The position numbers were made by a program, and so were the translations under genes. DNA of 63,804 bases, filler included, from Welwitschia mirabilis (taxonomy: Eukaryota), in NCBI GenBank assembly GCA_051453625.1. It is 5 parts of one record of this genome, joined end to end, with 100 filler letters (N's around TTAATTAATTAA, not from the genome) between each part and the next. Parts side by side here need not be neighbours in the genome. Positions count along the whole stretch, not along the records: positions 1 to 24,926 come from JBOZIK010000001.1; 4 more parts are not named here. One strand, written 5' to 3'. How positions within the stretch are numbered: position 1 is the first letter of the stretch; every line of letters begins with the position of its first letter. Below are positions 12,940 through 24,982 of this stretch, in pieces. The notes under the pieces are model-generated. The model saw only the letters and a list, made by a program, of their open reading frames with translations, did no database searches and had not been told where the DNA came from.

Positions 12940-14942
12940 GGAATTTGAAAATTGTCTATTAAGTAAAGGTCCCCTTCCCTTGCTGTGACTGTTCGAGCAT
13001 GGAAAATCGGACTAAAATCAGTCAAATGCATGGTTACGGGTTGTTGAAGTCTGATAGGCGGTGGAATGGTGCATAGAAGGTGAGGAACCTGTACATAATT
13101 GACAAGGAAACAAATTTGCATAGTCAGTGACACCCTACTGCCAAATAAAGGGTAGTTTNNNNNNNNNNNNNNNNNNNNNNNNNNNNNNNNNNNNNNNNNN
13201 NNNNNNNNNNNNNNNNNNNNNNNNNNNNNNNNNNNNNNNNNNNNNNNNNNNNNNNNNNNNNNNNNNNNNNNNNNNNNNNNNNNNNNNNNNNNNNNNNNNN
13301 NNNNNNNNNNNNNNNNNNNNNNNNNNNNNNNNNNNNNNNNNNNNNNNNNNNNNNNNNNNNNNNNNNNNNNNNNNNNNNNNNNNNNNNNNNNNNNNNNNNN
13401 NNNNNNNNNNNNNNNNNNNNNNNNNNNNNNNNNNNNNNNNNNNNNNNNNNNNNNNNNNNNNNNNNNNNNNNNNNNNNNNNNNNNNNNNNNNNNNNNNNNN
13501 NNNNNNNNNNNNNNNNNNNNNNNNNNNNNNNNNNNNNNNNNNNNNNNNNNNNNNNNNNNNNNNNNNNNNNNNNNNNNNNNNNNNNNNNNNNNNNNNNNNN
13601 NNNNNNNNNNNNNNNNNNNNNNNNNNNNNNNNNNNNNNNNNNNNNNNNNNNNNNNNNNNNNNNNNNNNNNNNNNNNNNNNNNNNNNNNNNNNNNNNNNNN
13701 NNNNNNNNNNNNNNNNNNNNNNNNNNNNNNNNNNNNNNNNNNNNNNNNNNNNNNNNNNNNNNNNNNNNNNNNNNNNNNNNNNNNNNNNNNNNNNNNNNNN
13801 NNNNNNNNNNNNNNNNNNNNNNNNNNNNNNNNNNNNNNNNNNNNNNNNNNNNNNNNNNNNNNNNNNNNNNNNNNNNNNNNNNNNNNNNNNNNNNNNNNNN
13901 NNNNNNNNNNNNNNNNNNNNNNNNNNNNNNNNNNNNNNNNNNNNNNNNNNNNNNNNNNNNNNNNNNNNNNNNNNNNNNNNNNNNNNNNNNNNNNNNNNNN
14001 NNNNNNNNNNNNNNNNNNNNNNNNNNNNNNNNNNNNNNNNNNNNNNNNNNNNNNNNNNNNNNNNNNNNNNNNNNNNNNNNNNNNNNNNNNNGTAGTTTCC
14101 TGCCTGAGATTTGCCCAAAAGACCAAGACAGTGTGGTCACCCAACCTGGTAGCAAGGAGGTCAGTCAACCCCGAACAAGGACAGTCAAACCTTGATCAAC
14201 AGAGTCACACATCGCAATTCAGCACCAACAAAGGTTGTTAACAAGCTATCATTTCACACACGCTTAACTGAAGATTTTTTATTATCATCAAAACTTCTTA
14301 ATTATGTCAATAAGTGATTAAGTAATCCCGCATTAATTCTCTTGCACCAAAAATAACCTCCTTGGTGCTGGTAGCTTTCCTATATTCATGGTGCACTGCA
14401 AGAAAGGAAATGTGATTTCTAGGAGTTTATGTTTGTTCACTACCCAAAGTGCCTTCCCTGCATGTCCTTCCACAACTTTAGTAATAGCTTTCCAAAAGTT
14501 GCAAGCGTTTGCCTGGCATTTGGCAGGTTGATCATAATTTAGCAATAGAAGTTTGTCTCCAATTACTCTTTCCTGAGTCCCGTAAATTCCAAGATTTAAA
14601 CTCTGTGAGGATGCCATGCAGAGGCAAAGAGAGAAAACCGCTAAACTGAATGAATTCGCCCATTATATGTTTGACTTCATTTGAAAAAGACAATAGTCAG
14701 CTCTTGCTCAGTGACAATCATAGGATGACACATTTGTCTCTATGAAATTCCTGTGGTGAGAGGTTATAAAGATCATGGCAAGTAAATAACTCCACAATTA
14801 TAAAGATACCAAAACATCAGTAAATATATCTTCAAGAATTTGTGGTAGCAGGTTGTAATGGTTGTCACGAGTAGAAAAGGAACCTAAATTTTCCAATGTG
14901 AGAAAATAATTTAAGAGCAAAGAATATCCAAAAACGACATAC

Positions 14943-15111
14943 CTTGGGAATATCTGGAGAAGCAATTCCAGGTGCTGTTTTCCAAGTATCAACTTCCTTA
15001 ACATGATCAACATAGTTTTTACCAACACACATTATTGGTCCTGTAGGTTTTGGTATTGGTGCCAGAAGCGTTGCATCTTCTAATTTGATACCTGTCCCTT
15101 CGAAGTTCATA
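14943..15111 (-). CDS. Internal exon of an FAH-family (fumarylacetoacetate hydrolase domain; FAHD2/YisK-like) protein
   Basis: 169-nt exon with acceptor ttcatttttaAG and donor GTatgt. Encodes (D)MNFEGTGIKLEDATLLAPIPKPTGPIMCVGKNYVDHVKEVDTWKTAPGIASPDIPK, containing the FAH hallmark LLAP..CVGxNYxxHxxE. No stops. Confidence 0.9.
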
Positions 15112-15287
15112 CTTAAAAATGAAAAATAGTGAAAGTCAAACAACAAGATCTTCATTAACAAAATACAGAGAATGATGATGCACAAAAACAAAAGAGAAAA
15201 AAACCAACCAAATGCTGTTAAAACAGTATAAATGATACATTAAAAAGTGGATCACAAAGTAAGCTCAAAAGATTACAATAAACTCAC

Positions 15288-15386
15288 TCTTTGTAAATAA
15301 GCTCCCAGCATTGGATGACATCCATCATACTGTTGATCTGAGAGAACTTTTCATTTTTCTGTAAAGCTGGCATCTCCTTAATTGCC
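15288..15386 (-). CDS. Preceding exon of the same FAH-family gene
   Basis: 99-nt exon with acceptor tgtcatAG and donor GTgagt. Encodes xAIKEMPALQKNEKFSQINSMMDVIQCWELIYK, and its terminal GA joins the T of the next exon to form GAT (Asp) in frame. Intron 15112-15287 is 176 bp. Confidence 0.82.
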
Positions 15387-16749
15387 CTATGACAATGACA
15401 ACACCAGACACTGGACTAAGCAAACACTTACAACAAGAATCTCAAAGTTGTGTAAGATTTCGTACAGTGTGTGTTTGCACATTGAAATCTCAAGTGAAAC
15501 AGCATTACTGGAGAATGGAACAAGGCACAAAGTTATTCATAATAAACCAATGGCACTACATATTCAAGTGTTCATAAGCATTCATATTTCTTAATGTCTA
15601 TGGCGACTATGACTTGTCTAAATAGTAGCAATGCATTAATGATTTTGGTGCCTATAATGCTCTAGCTGAGTAGTAAAAGTTGGAATTTGTTAGCAAGGGC
15701 AAGTTTAATCCCAGGTTGTAACACTAAAGGGGCTGGGCAAGGTGAACCAAGGATGCCAACTAAAAACTTCCTTTGACCAAACAATCTCTTAACAATTATG
15801 ATTAAACTAAACTTATAAGTAAATCACCTGCCAATTATAGAAGCTGCAAATGAAGATAAATACACACTGCAGATTTTAATCTTTCAAACGCAGAATGATA
15901 GGATCTGCTAGAGGCAAAGAACAAATGCCGGAATGAAGTGAAATGAGCAAAGAACATAGATTTTATAGTGGTTGGACAAGAACACACTCCATTCTAGAGG
16001 GAATCAATTTCCTTTCTCCCTCTTTCCCATAAGAAAAGTACAATTCACAAGGGCAATAACAGACATCCATCCAACAATCATCAGCAAAAAAAAAGATTTT
16101 TTTTGGCCTAAGGCACAACTCGCAAGATGATTTTGCAGAGGACAATCATCGAAAACTCTTCCACAGTGCAGAAGCAATACAAGAAGCCTTTTCCAGCTAA
16201 GGCACAATCAGAAACAAATGAAGATTTGAAAAACACTACGTCTAAACAGACAGATACAGCAATGGACGTTTCTTTTCTCATGTTGAAAAGTAAACGGTTT
16301 GAAGCAAAAGAAAAGAATAGAGTGAACATATCAGATGTCAGAATACTTTGAGGGAGTGATAGCCAAATTTGAAACGAGCAACTCTTGAAATGTGTTTTCA
16401 CTTCCTTTTAGGAAACAATGTCCTGTGACTGTTGGAGATGTTATTTCCAAGGTTGTGATGGTCAAAGGCAAGAAAGTGAGATGGAAAGCATTTGAATTAA
16501 CTTGGAAATAACATAAACAGATTTCCAGCAGTTAGTGAATGTCAGAATGTTGCATTAACAACCACTGGAACTGATCTTTTAATGTTCAAACCAAACTCAA
16601 ACCTTTCAGTGGCAGTCTACCAACGTTTAATGGGTGGTTTCCTGCCTCTGATTCAACCAACCTCCAAAACACAGGGGTGGCTACCCCCTCCCTACTTATA
16701 AAAAGGTATTGCACCGAAAATGATCCAGACAGATACTTTAAGCCTCTGA

Positions 16750-16890
16750 ATTCATCATTGAAACCTCTGATTATTATTGAAACCTTCATGATCATTGAAA
16801 CATCTGATTCTCATTGAATCCTTTAATCATCATCAGCATGGAAACATCAGATTATGATTGGAACTTTTGATCATCATTGAAAATCTGAAA
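16750..16890. repeat. Degenerate ~18-bp tandem repeat (TCATCATTGAAACCTCTG-like), about 7 copies
   Basis: Units such as tcatcattgaaacctctga, ttattattgaaaccttca, tgatcattgaaacatctga, tctcattgaatccttta, tcatcattgaaaatctga. Confidence 0.7.
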
Positions 16891-18166
16891 CCAACTGTAA
16901 TATGTAACACTAGTGATCACTAAAATTGGTTTATTATGTAATGTCAATTAATGAATACAAATCCAACCAAAACATTATGATAAAGGTTGAAGGTGATAAA
17001 GTTTCAATTAAATACTAATTTTTCTTCCAATCTAATGTTCTTGTTTTATTCATATAAAAGGAATCTTCCTCCTCATCTGTGACGATAAACCATTCTCCAT
17101 AATCATAATCATTTTCTTGTTTACGTCCCTTTTATTACCCTGTTAGTTTTTTATCCTCATTATGCCTGTGATGTCGACTTGGAACACATCCCCTGCTAAA
17201 TTATTTTACTGCTGTGATGTTTGTTTGAAGTGTATGGACTATTGATTCATAGACAAATTTCTGTTTGTCATCACGTCCATCAGAATCAATTGTTATTACG
17301 GTTGGGTCTTGATTTTACACTATTGAAAACTTCTTGGAAGCTTGCTTCTAGATCCTTGAATAATACTGCCAAAGGCCTGACAGGAATGTAAAATATTACT
17401 GCCAAATTTGTAACCAATGTCAAAATATTCCCTAGAGGTCAGACTTGACACAGTAATTGGGCCCCTTTCCTTATGGAGCTTAACATGTACAGCCTACCAC
17501 CATCTTTGTTTTCGTTCTTCAATTATATTTCATTATCCTAATTCCATGGTGTCTTTATAACTCCAACTCAAAAGTAATAAACAAACAGTGCCTCTCTTCA
17601 TAATCATGTTCATCTGTGAAACTTGCTTCTGGGGTAACCCTGTTCACAAATCTAAAGTGAATCTCAAATTCAGGATTATTATGTTATGGCTCTGAAAGTC
17701 TTGTAACTCTTGCCTGGGAACTGTTTTTGTTGTCATGATGGCCCAGAAACATATCTCTTGCCATTTTGCTGCCTCCAAACCTTAGTATTTAATTTTACAT
17801 ATTTTGAGTCAAGGAATGTTGAAAATCAGTATCCTACAAGGGAGTGTGGTGAGCATTAATAAATCAAAAGCTTTAAAACTCGAAACACCAGTTGCACCCA
17901 CAAATAAGCCAATGAGAGAATAAGTCAAAAACATGTGGAAGCTTACTTCGACCACAAGAAAAACACTAAACAACATAGCAGGAAGCAGTGAATAAAGATT
18001 AACTTGAAAGCACAATGAACAAACAGCTAAACATAGCAAGTCAGCAGCAGAGCAGTTTGTGATCAGTTTCTTCAAAGCAGAATAGTCGCAGGAGAATGGA
18101 TCAGTACACTCCCATAGAAATCATTCCCACTAGGGACAAAGTAGTTCTTTTTACCTCTCTTGTAAC

Positions 18167-19086
18167 CATACAATTGAAATGCGGATCAGAATCGCAATTC
18201 CAGTGATCCAGAATCATGATTCTTAGAAAAACCATCTGATTTGACTCAAAATCGTGTTTTCGGAATTGCAATTCCAAGCGGATGGAATCATGATTCCTGC
18301 GATTCCTGTGATTCTGCGAATCTGGAATCGCGAGTGTGTAATGGACTGTTAAAAAGGTGAAAAAAAAGTGAAAAACAGCCAATCTACCTCATTTCATTCA
18401 TTCCTCATCCCTCTCGTGATTCTCCAGCGTTTGGAAAACAATCAAATTCACCTGAATCGAAGATTATTATTCACTTGGAAAAAAGGTTTCATCCTGGTTT
18501 GGGTTTATCACTTACAGTTTTGGAGCATATCTTAACTTCTAATAACTAAAACCTAGGAAAGGAGAATTGTGTTCTTATCATTTATCAAATACCAATGTTT
18601 TCTAATACCAACTCATTTCATTTTTTTCTTTGTATTGTGGAATATGTAATGAATCATTAAATGAAATGAAAACATTCTTTTTTGCTTCTATTTTATTTAT
18701 TGTTTTTTATTTTAATGGCTGTGTTGTAATTGGTGGCGTTGTGATTTTTAGTTTGTACTTTCTACTCTCTATATAATGTAATCATCACTGTGGCTTTACT
18801 CCATCTTAACTATAGTCTCACTACTATGTATTGTGGAGTCTATACTATAAAATATACAAATACATTATGAAAAAGATGTTTCTTGGAAGTTTTTACTACT
18901 TTATGTTCTTTTAGGTCTTATTTCTCATTAAAAATGCAATAAAAATGTTGAATACCATTTAATATATTATATTTATACTCATTTTTTAACTCCACAATTC
19001 TAGTCAATTCCAGGTCACGATTTCGGTGGTTTACATCTTTTTGGGAGAAAAACAATTCAGTCGTGATTCCGCATTTTAAAAGTATG
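18167..19086. mobile_element. Non-autonomous hAT element (MITE-like), 920 bp
   Basis: Perfect 8-bp TSD CTTGTAAC (18159-18166 and 19087-19094). Imperfect TIRs CATACAATTGAAATGCGGA and CATACTTTTAAAATGCGGA (reverse complement). Subterminal GATTC/GAATC repeats; no coding capacity. Confidence 0.92.
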
Positions 19087-21967
19087 CTTGTAACACTCCT
19101 AGCAATCTAACACTCAAACCTCCAAAAAATTGAGTCAGTTGGAAATAACCAACCTTTTGGCTTTCCACTAAGAATTATGAAAGGATTGTTATAGGGATAG
19201 TGACATAAGCAGATAAATGCCTAAGCAAAAAAGTTTCTATTTCTTCATAACACAAAATCTAGGCAGCCTNNNNNNNNNNCCTAGCTAAATCATGACATGG
19301 ATTCCCAGAATTTTTCCCTTTTGTTGTTGAATGCATACAAAAGGCCAAATCATCTGTCCCGCTTGCCATAATTAATAAAAGCCACTCCCTGTAGGGAGAA
19401 ATTAGAGAATCATGAAATTTCATACTAAATGAGACTAAGGAGCTTAAAACAACAAATGAGCTCCCTCTAAACCAAATAAATATGACAAGGAAGTAGGTAT
19501 AGACTACCCGCATATACCCACTATGTATGTTGTGCACTATAAAAACCCAACAATTGAATATCTTCAATAGCATAGCAGTTAGACTCAAACTTGCCACCTC
19601 ACTGAGCTAAACTTGTCAAACTCGAAACCAACACCCAAACTGAGTGAAACATTGGGGTGGGGGGGCGGTTGGGAGTCACAGTAAAGTTTGATTAAGAAAA
19701 CCATTTCAGTGATTCTCTTTTGTCAAGGAGCATTCATAGATGAAAAACAAGCATTCTGGCTTGAAAATATTATTGACACATACAACATATAATCTAACAT
19801 GCACAGCTTGTAGTTAAAGTAGAATACCCAAACAAAGTAACATTAGTATCAAATTTGTTTTAACATCAAACATCATAAATAGTGAAGCCAAATCTTCCTT
19901 TCCTGTTTTATTCTTTATTTTTGAGTGTTGACATCTAAACACACATGAAAAAGAAAAAACCACACACCTTATGTAAGCTGTGACTTTGTATTTATTATAC
20001 TCTCAATGTGAGATTAGGGTTATAAACCTAATGGCAAACAATATATGAGTGATTTAGGGTAAAGGGAAGGCATTCTAGTCTAGGGCTTGTTAATTAGTAG
20101 TTTTTGTTGATGGTGATTGTCATGTTTGATGCCCTACTCTAAGTTATTCAGGATGGCTTGTGTCCTTAGACGTCACTGCTTTGACTGGCAAGAGACGGCT
20201 CTACATGCTCCATGGTTTCTCCCTATGGTGGGGTTTCATACATAAATCTTTGGTTTTCTTTTTTTTTTTTTTTTTTTGGTTCTATTTACACTTCTGTTGC
20301 ATTAACTCATGACAACTTGTATCAAAGTGTTAGGTCAGTTATAGCTTCGTAGGAGGTGAAACCTAGGGAGTAGAGCAAAGCGAAGAAGGACAAAGCAAAG
20401 TGAAGCATCACAAGAGTGGACTAAGCAAAGTGGAGCAATGCTACGAAGTCCAGTAGAGCGAAACTTTGTGAGCAAGTGAAGCCAGTAAGCAGCAAATTTT
20501 TTTGGCAACTATACAACCATTTTTGAATGTTTGTATAACATTTTTCTCAACATTCATACAAGCAATAGTATCAAAATGGAAAGAATTTACACAAGAAACA
20601 AACTTGTCAAAACACAAAATTAGAATATGTTTTGATGGTCATGTTCACACAGAAGATTGCATTGAAGAGCTTCAAGCACCTAATTTAGTGTCAATGAAGG
20701 GTGATTACTAGATGAATATGCAAGCAAAGGCGCTATCCTATATTCACCCTAGTCTAAGCAATAGTATACCATAGTCCATCAAGAATGAAACAAAGCCTCA
20801 TGCTATTAGGATCGAAAGGCACCCTAGAGGAGGGGTGAATAGGGTAATTTAAAACTATTGCATATTAACAACAAATTCAGGTTTGCACATCGATAGAAAT
20901 AAAACAAAGTAGCACAAAGGAAGCAAATAACAAGTGCACCAGTTTTATAGTGGTTCGGCAATCCTTGCCTACTCCACTGACAGGAGGACAACAACATGCT
21001 TCTAGCCTTCTAACTTCCTTAGAAACACCTAACAACTTGGGCACAATACAATACCCTTCTCCAAGGGTTACAATCAATCCCTTCACATGAGATGCAAGGC
21101 TCACTCCAATGAGCCACTAGAAAGTGTAGATAGCAAGAGACCTGATGGTGTGAGTGCCTTCAGCACGGTACATCAGCAACTGATAGCAATATCTCCAATT
21201 ACAAAAGATATCTTGGTGAGGTACAGATTGCACATGAATCTCAGAGTTTAGTATATACAATCATGGAGCATTAGGCATTACAAGATGAGGATCTAGCTTT
21301 TTATAGCCTAAGGGTTACAAGATAGCTGTTGGAGCCTCAGATTTGAGGCCCTATCTGTTTATTACACAACCCTATCCGTTTGCAATTCGAAAAGTGTCAC
21401 TTTGGTAGCTACAACAATTATATTCCGCTTTAGTGTTCGCTGAGCTAGACGTCCCATTATTTTAGACCAGACATCCTGGTTGTAATGCTAGATCCTTGTC
21501 AAAACTGAGAAGGCGCCCGGACGTCCCAATTCATAGCTCGAACATCCCCATAGATTTGGACTGAATAAAGAGTCGAACATCTTGATGGATATATCGGACG
21601 TCTCCATACTTGATTCTCGTGTACAAGGTTGGACGTCCCGGTGATAGAGTTTGGATGTCTTCATACATTTTCCCACATACAGGGTCGGATGTTCTACTGA
21701 TAATTCTCCGATGTCCCCATACATTTTACTGCGTACAGGGTCGGACATCCCACTGATAATTCTCCAATGTCCTCATACATTTTACCGCGTATAGGATCGA
21801 ATGTCTCATATAATAAGCTGGACGTCTCGGTTGGCACAACATCTGATTTTCAAGATTTTGGTGAAGCCAATGCCCAGTCTTAGACATCATTGAAACCTTG
21901 GATGCTTCCATGGATTCTTCCACAATCTCCCCATTTTCAATAATGACCACCTTGTTCATAGATTTGT

Positions 21968-21980
21968 TGTGTGTGTGAGA

Positions 21981-22023
<43 letters not shown>
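21968..22023. repeat. (GT)n(GA)n microsatellite in the SIRE-1 3' UTR
   Basis: Directly visible. Confidence 0.9.
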
Positions 22024-22027
<4 letters not shown>

Positions 22028-22979
22028 ACTCTCCCTAAAGCTATGCTCCTTGATTAACCTGTGATCTGCACGAATTGATAACACATGAAAGGTCTTTGTA
22101 GACAGTTTAGTGTAGTAGTGTTCTATCAAAATTAAAACCGTACATCATAACTTTGAGAATTGTCAGAGATAAGCGCAATATTTCAGAATTGGAACGCATA
22201 TTTAAGGACTTGANNNNNNNNNNNNNNNNNNNNNNNNNNNNNNNNNNNNNNNNNNNNNNNNNNNNNNNNNNNNNNNNNNNNNNNNNNNNNNNNNNNNNNN
22301 NNNNNNNNNNNNNGATTCTTCCACAATCTCCCCTTTTTCCATGATGACAACCTTGTTCACAGATTTGGTAAGAGAGAAAGTGGATTACTCCCCCTAAAGT
22401 CGTGCTTCTTTATTAACCTATAATTTGCACGAATTGATAACACACGAAAGGTCTTTGCAGACGGTTTAATGCAGTAGTGTTCTATCAAACATAAAAAGCG
22501 TACAACATAACTTTGAGAATTATCAGGGATAAGTGCAATATTTTAGGCTTTGGAAAGCATATTTAAAGACCTGAATTCATAATAAGATTAGATAAAACAA
22601 TCTATCAATCTAGTGTCTTCTTTCCCTTTGTCATTATTGAAAAGTANNNNNNNNNNNNNNNNNNNNNNNNNNNNNNNNNNNNNNNNNNNNNNNNNNNNNN
22701 NNNNNNNNNNNNNNNNNNNNNNNNNNNNNNNNNNNNNNNNNNNNNNATTAGATAAAACAATCTATCAATCTAGGGTCTTCTTTCCCTTTGTCATTATTGA
22801 AAAGTAAACAATAAAATAAAAAAATAGCACACAGACAATTGAAGAGGGAAAGAGAAATATTGTATTCATTGTAGTGTTAATTACAACCGAGTTTTGATAT
22901 GAGAATGTACAACACAAAATCGAGATAAGCATGAAGGAGTACAAAAAGAGAGAAGGAGGGGACAAGAAGACTAGGAAGA

Positions 22980-24043
22980 TGAATCATCATGCTCAGAAGC
23001 AGCTGGTTCCTCCTCTTCTTCCTCTGAGTCTAGAGGAATCTGTAACCCATATGCAGCCAAACCAAAACTATACAATCCACTCTTCTGCAGAGTTTGTCTG
23101 TGGTCTTATGAGCCTGAAGAGCTATTTCTTTTACAATAAGTAATTCCTTCATCAAGTCTTCATTGCTTACCTACCTTGAACTGGTACCTTCCCCTGATCT
23201 CTGTTTCTTCTTTGAAGGAGGAGAGGGACCAAGAACTTCATACAAATATTCATTTTCTTTAACGATTAAAGCCCAAGAGGCTTGGGCACCTTTACCAATC
23301 TCTTTATCCTTCTATATTGCAAAATCATGGTTTTCCAAAATGGTTGTAATCAAGCCTCCGAAAGGTAGACTATTGTAGCCAGCTAGAATAAACTAACTCA
23401 TATAAAACATAATAAATTTACATAAATTGATACATACTCCTATACCAAGACAAAACAGAATATATACACAAACAAGCGAAACGTCATCTTTATGACCAAG
23501 TTTTGGCACAAGATTATGAGTAGATATCTGGAAAAGCACTCTATAAAACGAAGTCAATTTGTTTGTGGGAAGATTGGCACGCCAATGGAAGTTGGTCCCA
23601 CAAAGTTCTGTACTCAAAACTTCAATAGAAGCTGCTTCTTTCAAAGAACTGACCGAAGTAATCTCTCTAAACATACCTTCACTGGGATAACTCGTAACCA
23701 GAGAGATTGACTCTAGGTCCACATCAACTCTTCTACTGTATACTTTGGTAATAATGACCCAGTTTAACAAATGGAAATGGGCATTGCAGTAAAATAAATG
23801 TACCATTCTTGTAGATGCCGAAGTATCTGGGTCCAGAGCATACTGCCACCCTTGCTCTGCAAATTTGTCAATAATTAGGACTTCTCTTCTAAAGGACTGG
23901 AAGTCTATTTGCCTTTCAGGTGCCAAAGGTCCCTTATTGTAGCCAGCAAACCAAGCTTTTCAGTGTTCAAGAGACAAGAACCATTCAACCTCAGATTTAG
24001 GCTCTTTCCCCTTCCTTTATACTCCAATCCTGCTTCTGACCAT
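22980..24043 (-). pseudogene. Sirevirus env-like third ORF (SIRE-1 copy)
   Basis: ATG at 24043; ORF 23393-23926 APERQIDFQSFRRE..KFAEQGWQYALDPDT..MVHLFYCN; located between RNase H and the PPT; interrupted by stops. Confidence 0.85.
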
Positions 24044-24970
24044 GATAACCCAATTCTAGACTCCAGAGAAAAGACTAGACAGGCAAGAGAGTAGAGAATG
24101 AGAGGAAAAGAAAATGTTTTGGCCTTTTAACATGAAACAAAGCGCAGGCGTCCCGCTAGGGTTGCGTCCACGTTATCGAGCGAACATCCAGGATTTCAAG
24201 GTCAGGCGTCTGGGTTATAACCCTTTTTTTTAATAAACTGAAAAAGGGCAGACGTCCAAGATATAAGATGGAACGTCCGAGTTACTATCAGGCACGGTGC
24301 AAGACAAAGACAAATTTTAGTAAACACCCAAAAAGAGGAAGTTCACAAAATGACAATTATAATCACTTTAATGACAGATTTTTTTAAGGAAAGCGCATCT
24401 CGAACACTAGCAACTGCTTTACTAGGAAAGAAGGCAAGGCCCTATACCCAGATTTCTTCTAAGATAAGTAAATCTATCTTTAGATAGGCTTTTAGTCATT
24501 ATATCGGTGATTTGATTATGGGTTGACACATGTTCTAGTTCAATTGTTTTATTTTGCACTTGCTCTCTAATGAAATGATGTCTAATATCAATGTGTTTGG
24601 TTCTCGAGTGTTGGAATGGATTTTTGGTGACGTTTATTGCACTTATATTGTCACAAAACAATTTTATTAAATCTAATTTTATACCAAAATCCGAGAGCAT
24701 TTGTTTTATCCATAAAAGTTGAGTACAATAGGATCCTGTAGCAATGTACTCGGCTTGTGAAGTCGATAGAGATGTAGAGTTTTGTTTTCTGTTGAGCCAA
24801 GATACCCAACAATTTCCCATATAAAAACATGCCCCACTAGTACTTTTGCTAACATCGACACAACCTGCCCAATCAACGTCACTATACCCAGCTAATTCTA
24901 TAGAGGTGTCGAAAGGATACCAAAGGNNNNNNNNNNNNNNNNNNNNNNNNNNNNNNNNNNNNNNNNNNNN

Positions 24971-24982
24971 TTAATTAATTAA
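24971..24982. other. Artificial scaffold linker TTAATTAATTAA inside N runs (also 35991-36002, 41282-41293, 60844-60855)
   Basis: Identical 12-mer giving stops in all six frames, centred in ~100-nt gaps. Confidence 0.95.

Noticed and set aside
12882..14168. Long ORFs of 290-430 aa (also 33877-34767 and 59926-60324)
   Set aside because: They consist of N-gap X residues and microsatellite translation.
13081..14230. Possible solo LTR ending CACCAACA at 14230
   Set aside because: Mostly gap; no consistent 5' terminus or TSD found.
14333..14617. Minus-strand ORF with a good acceptor near 14398 as the next FAH exon
   Set aside because: No frame gives the expected P..F.K / DYE.EL FAH motifs.
24971..24982. 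TTAATTAATTAA palindrome occurring four times
   Set aside because: Always centred in N runs; a scaffolding linker, not biological.
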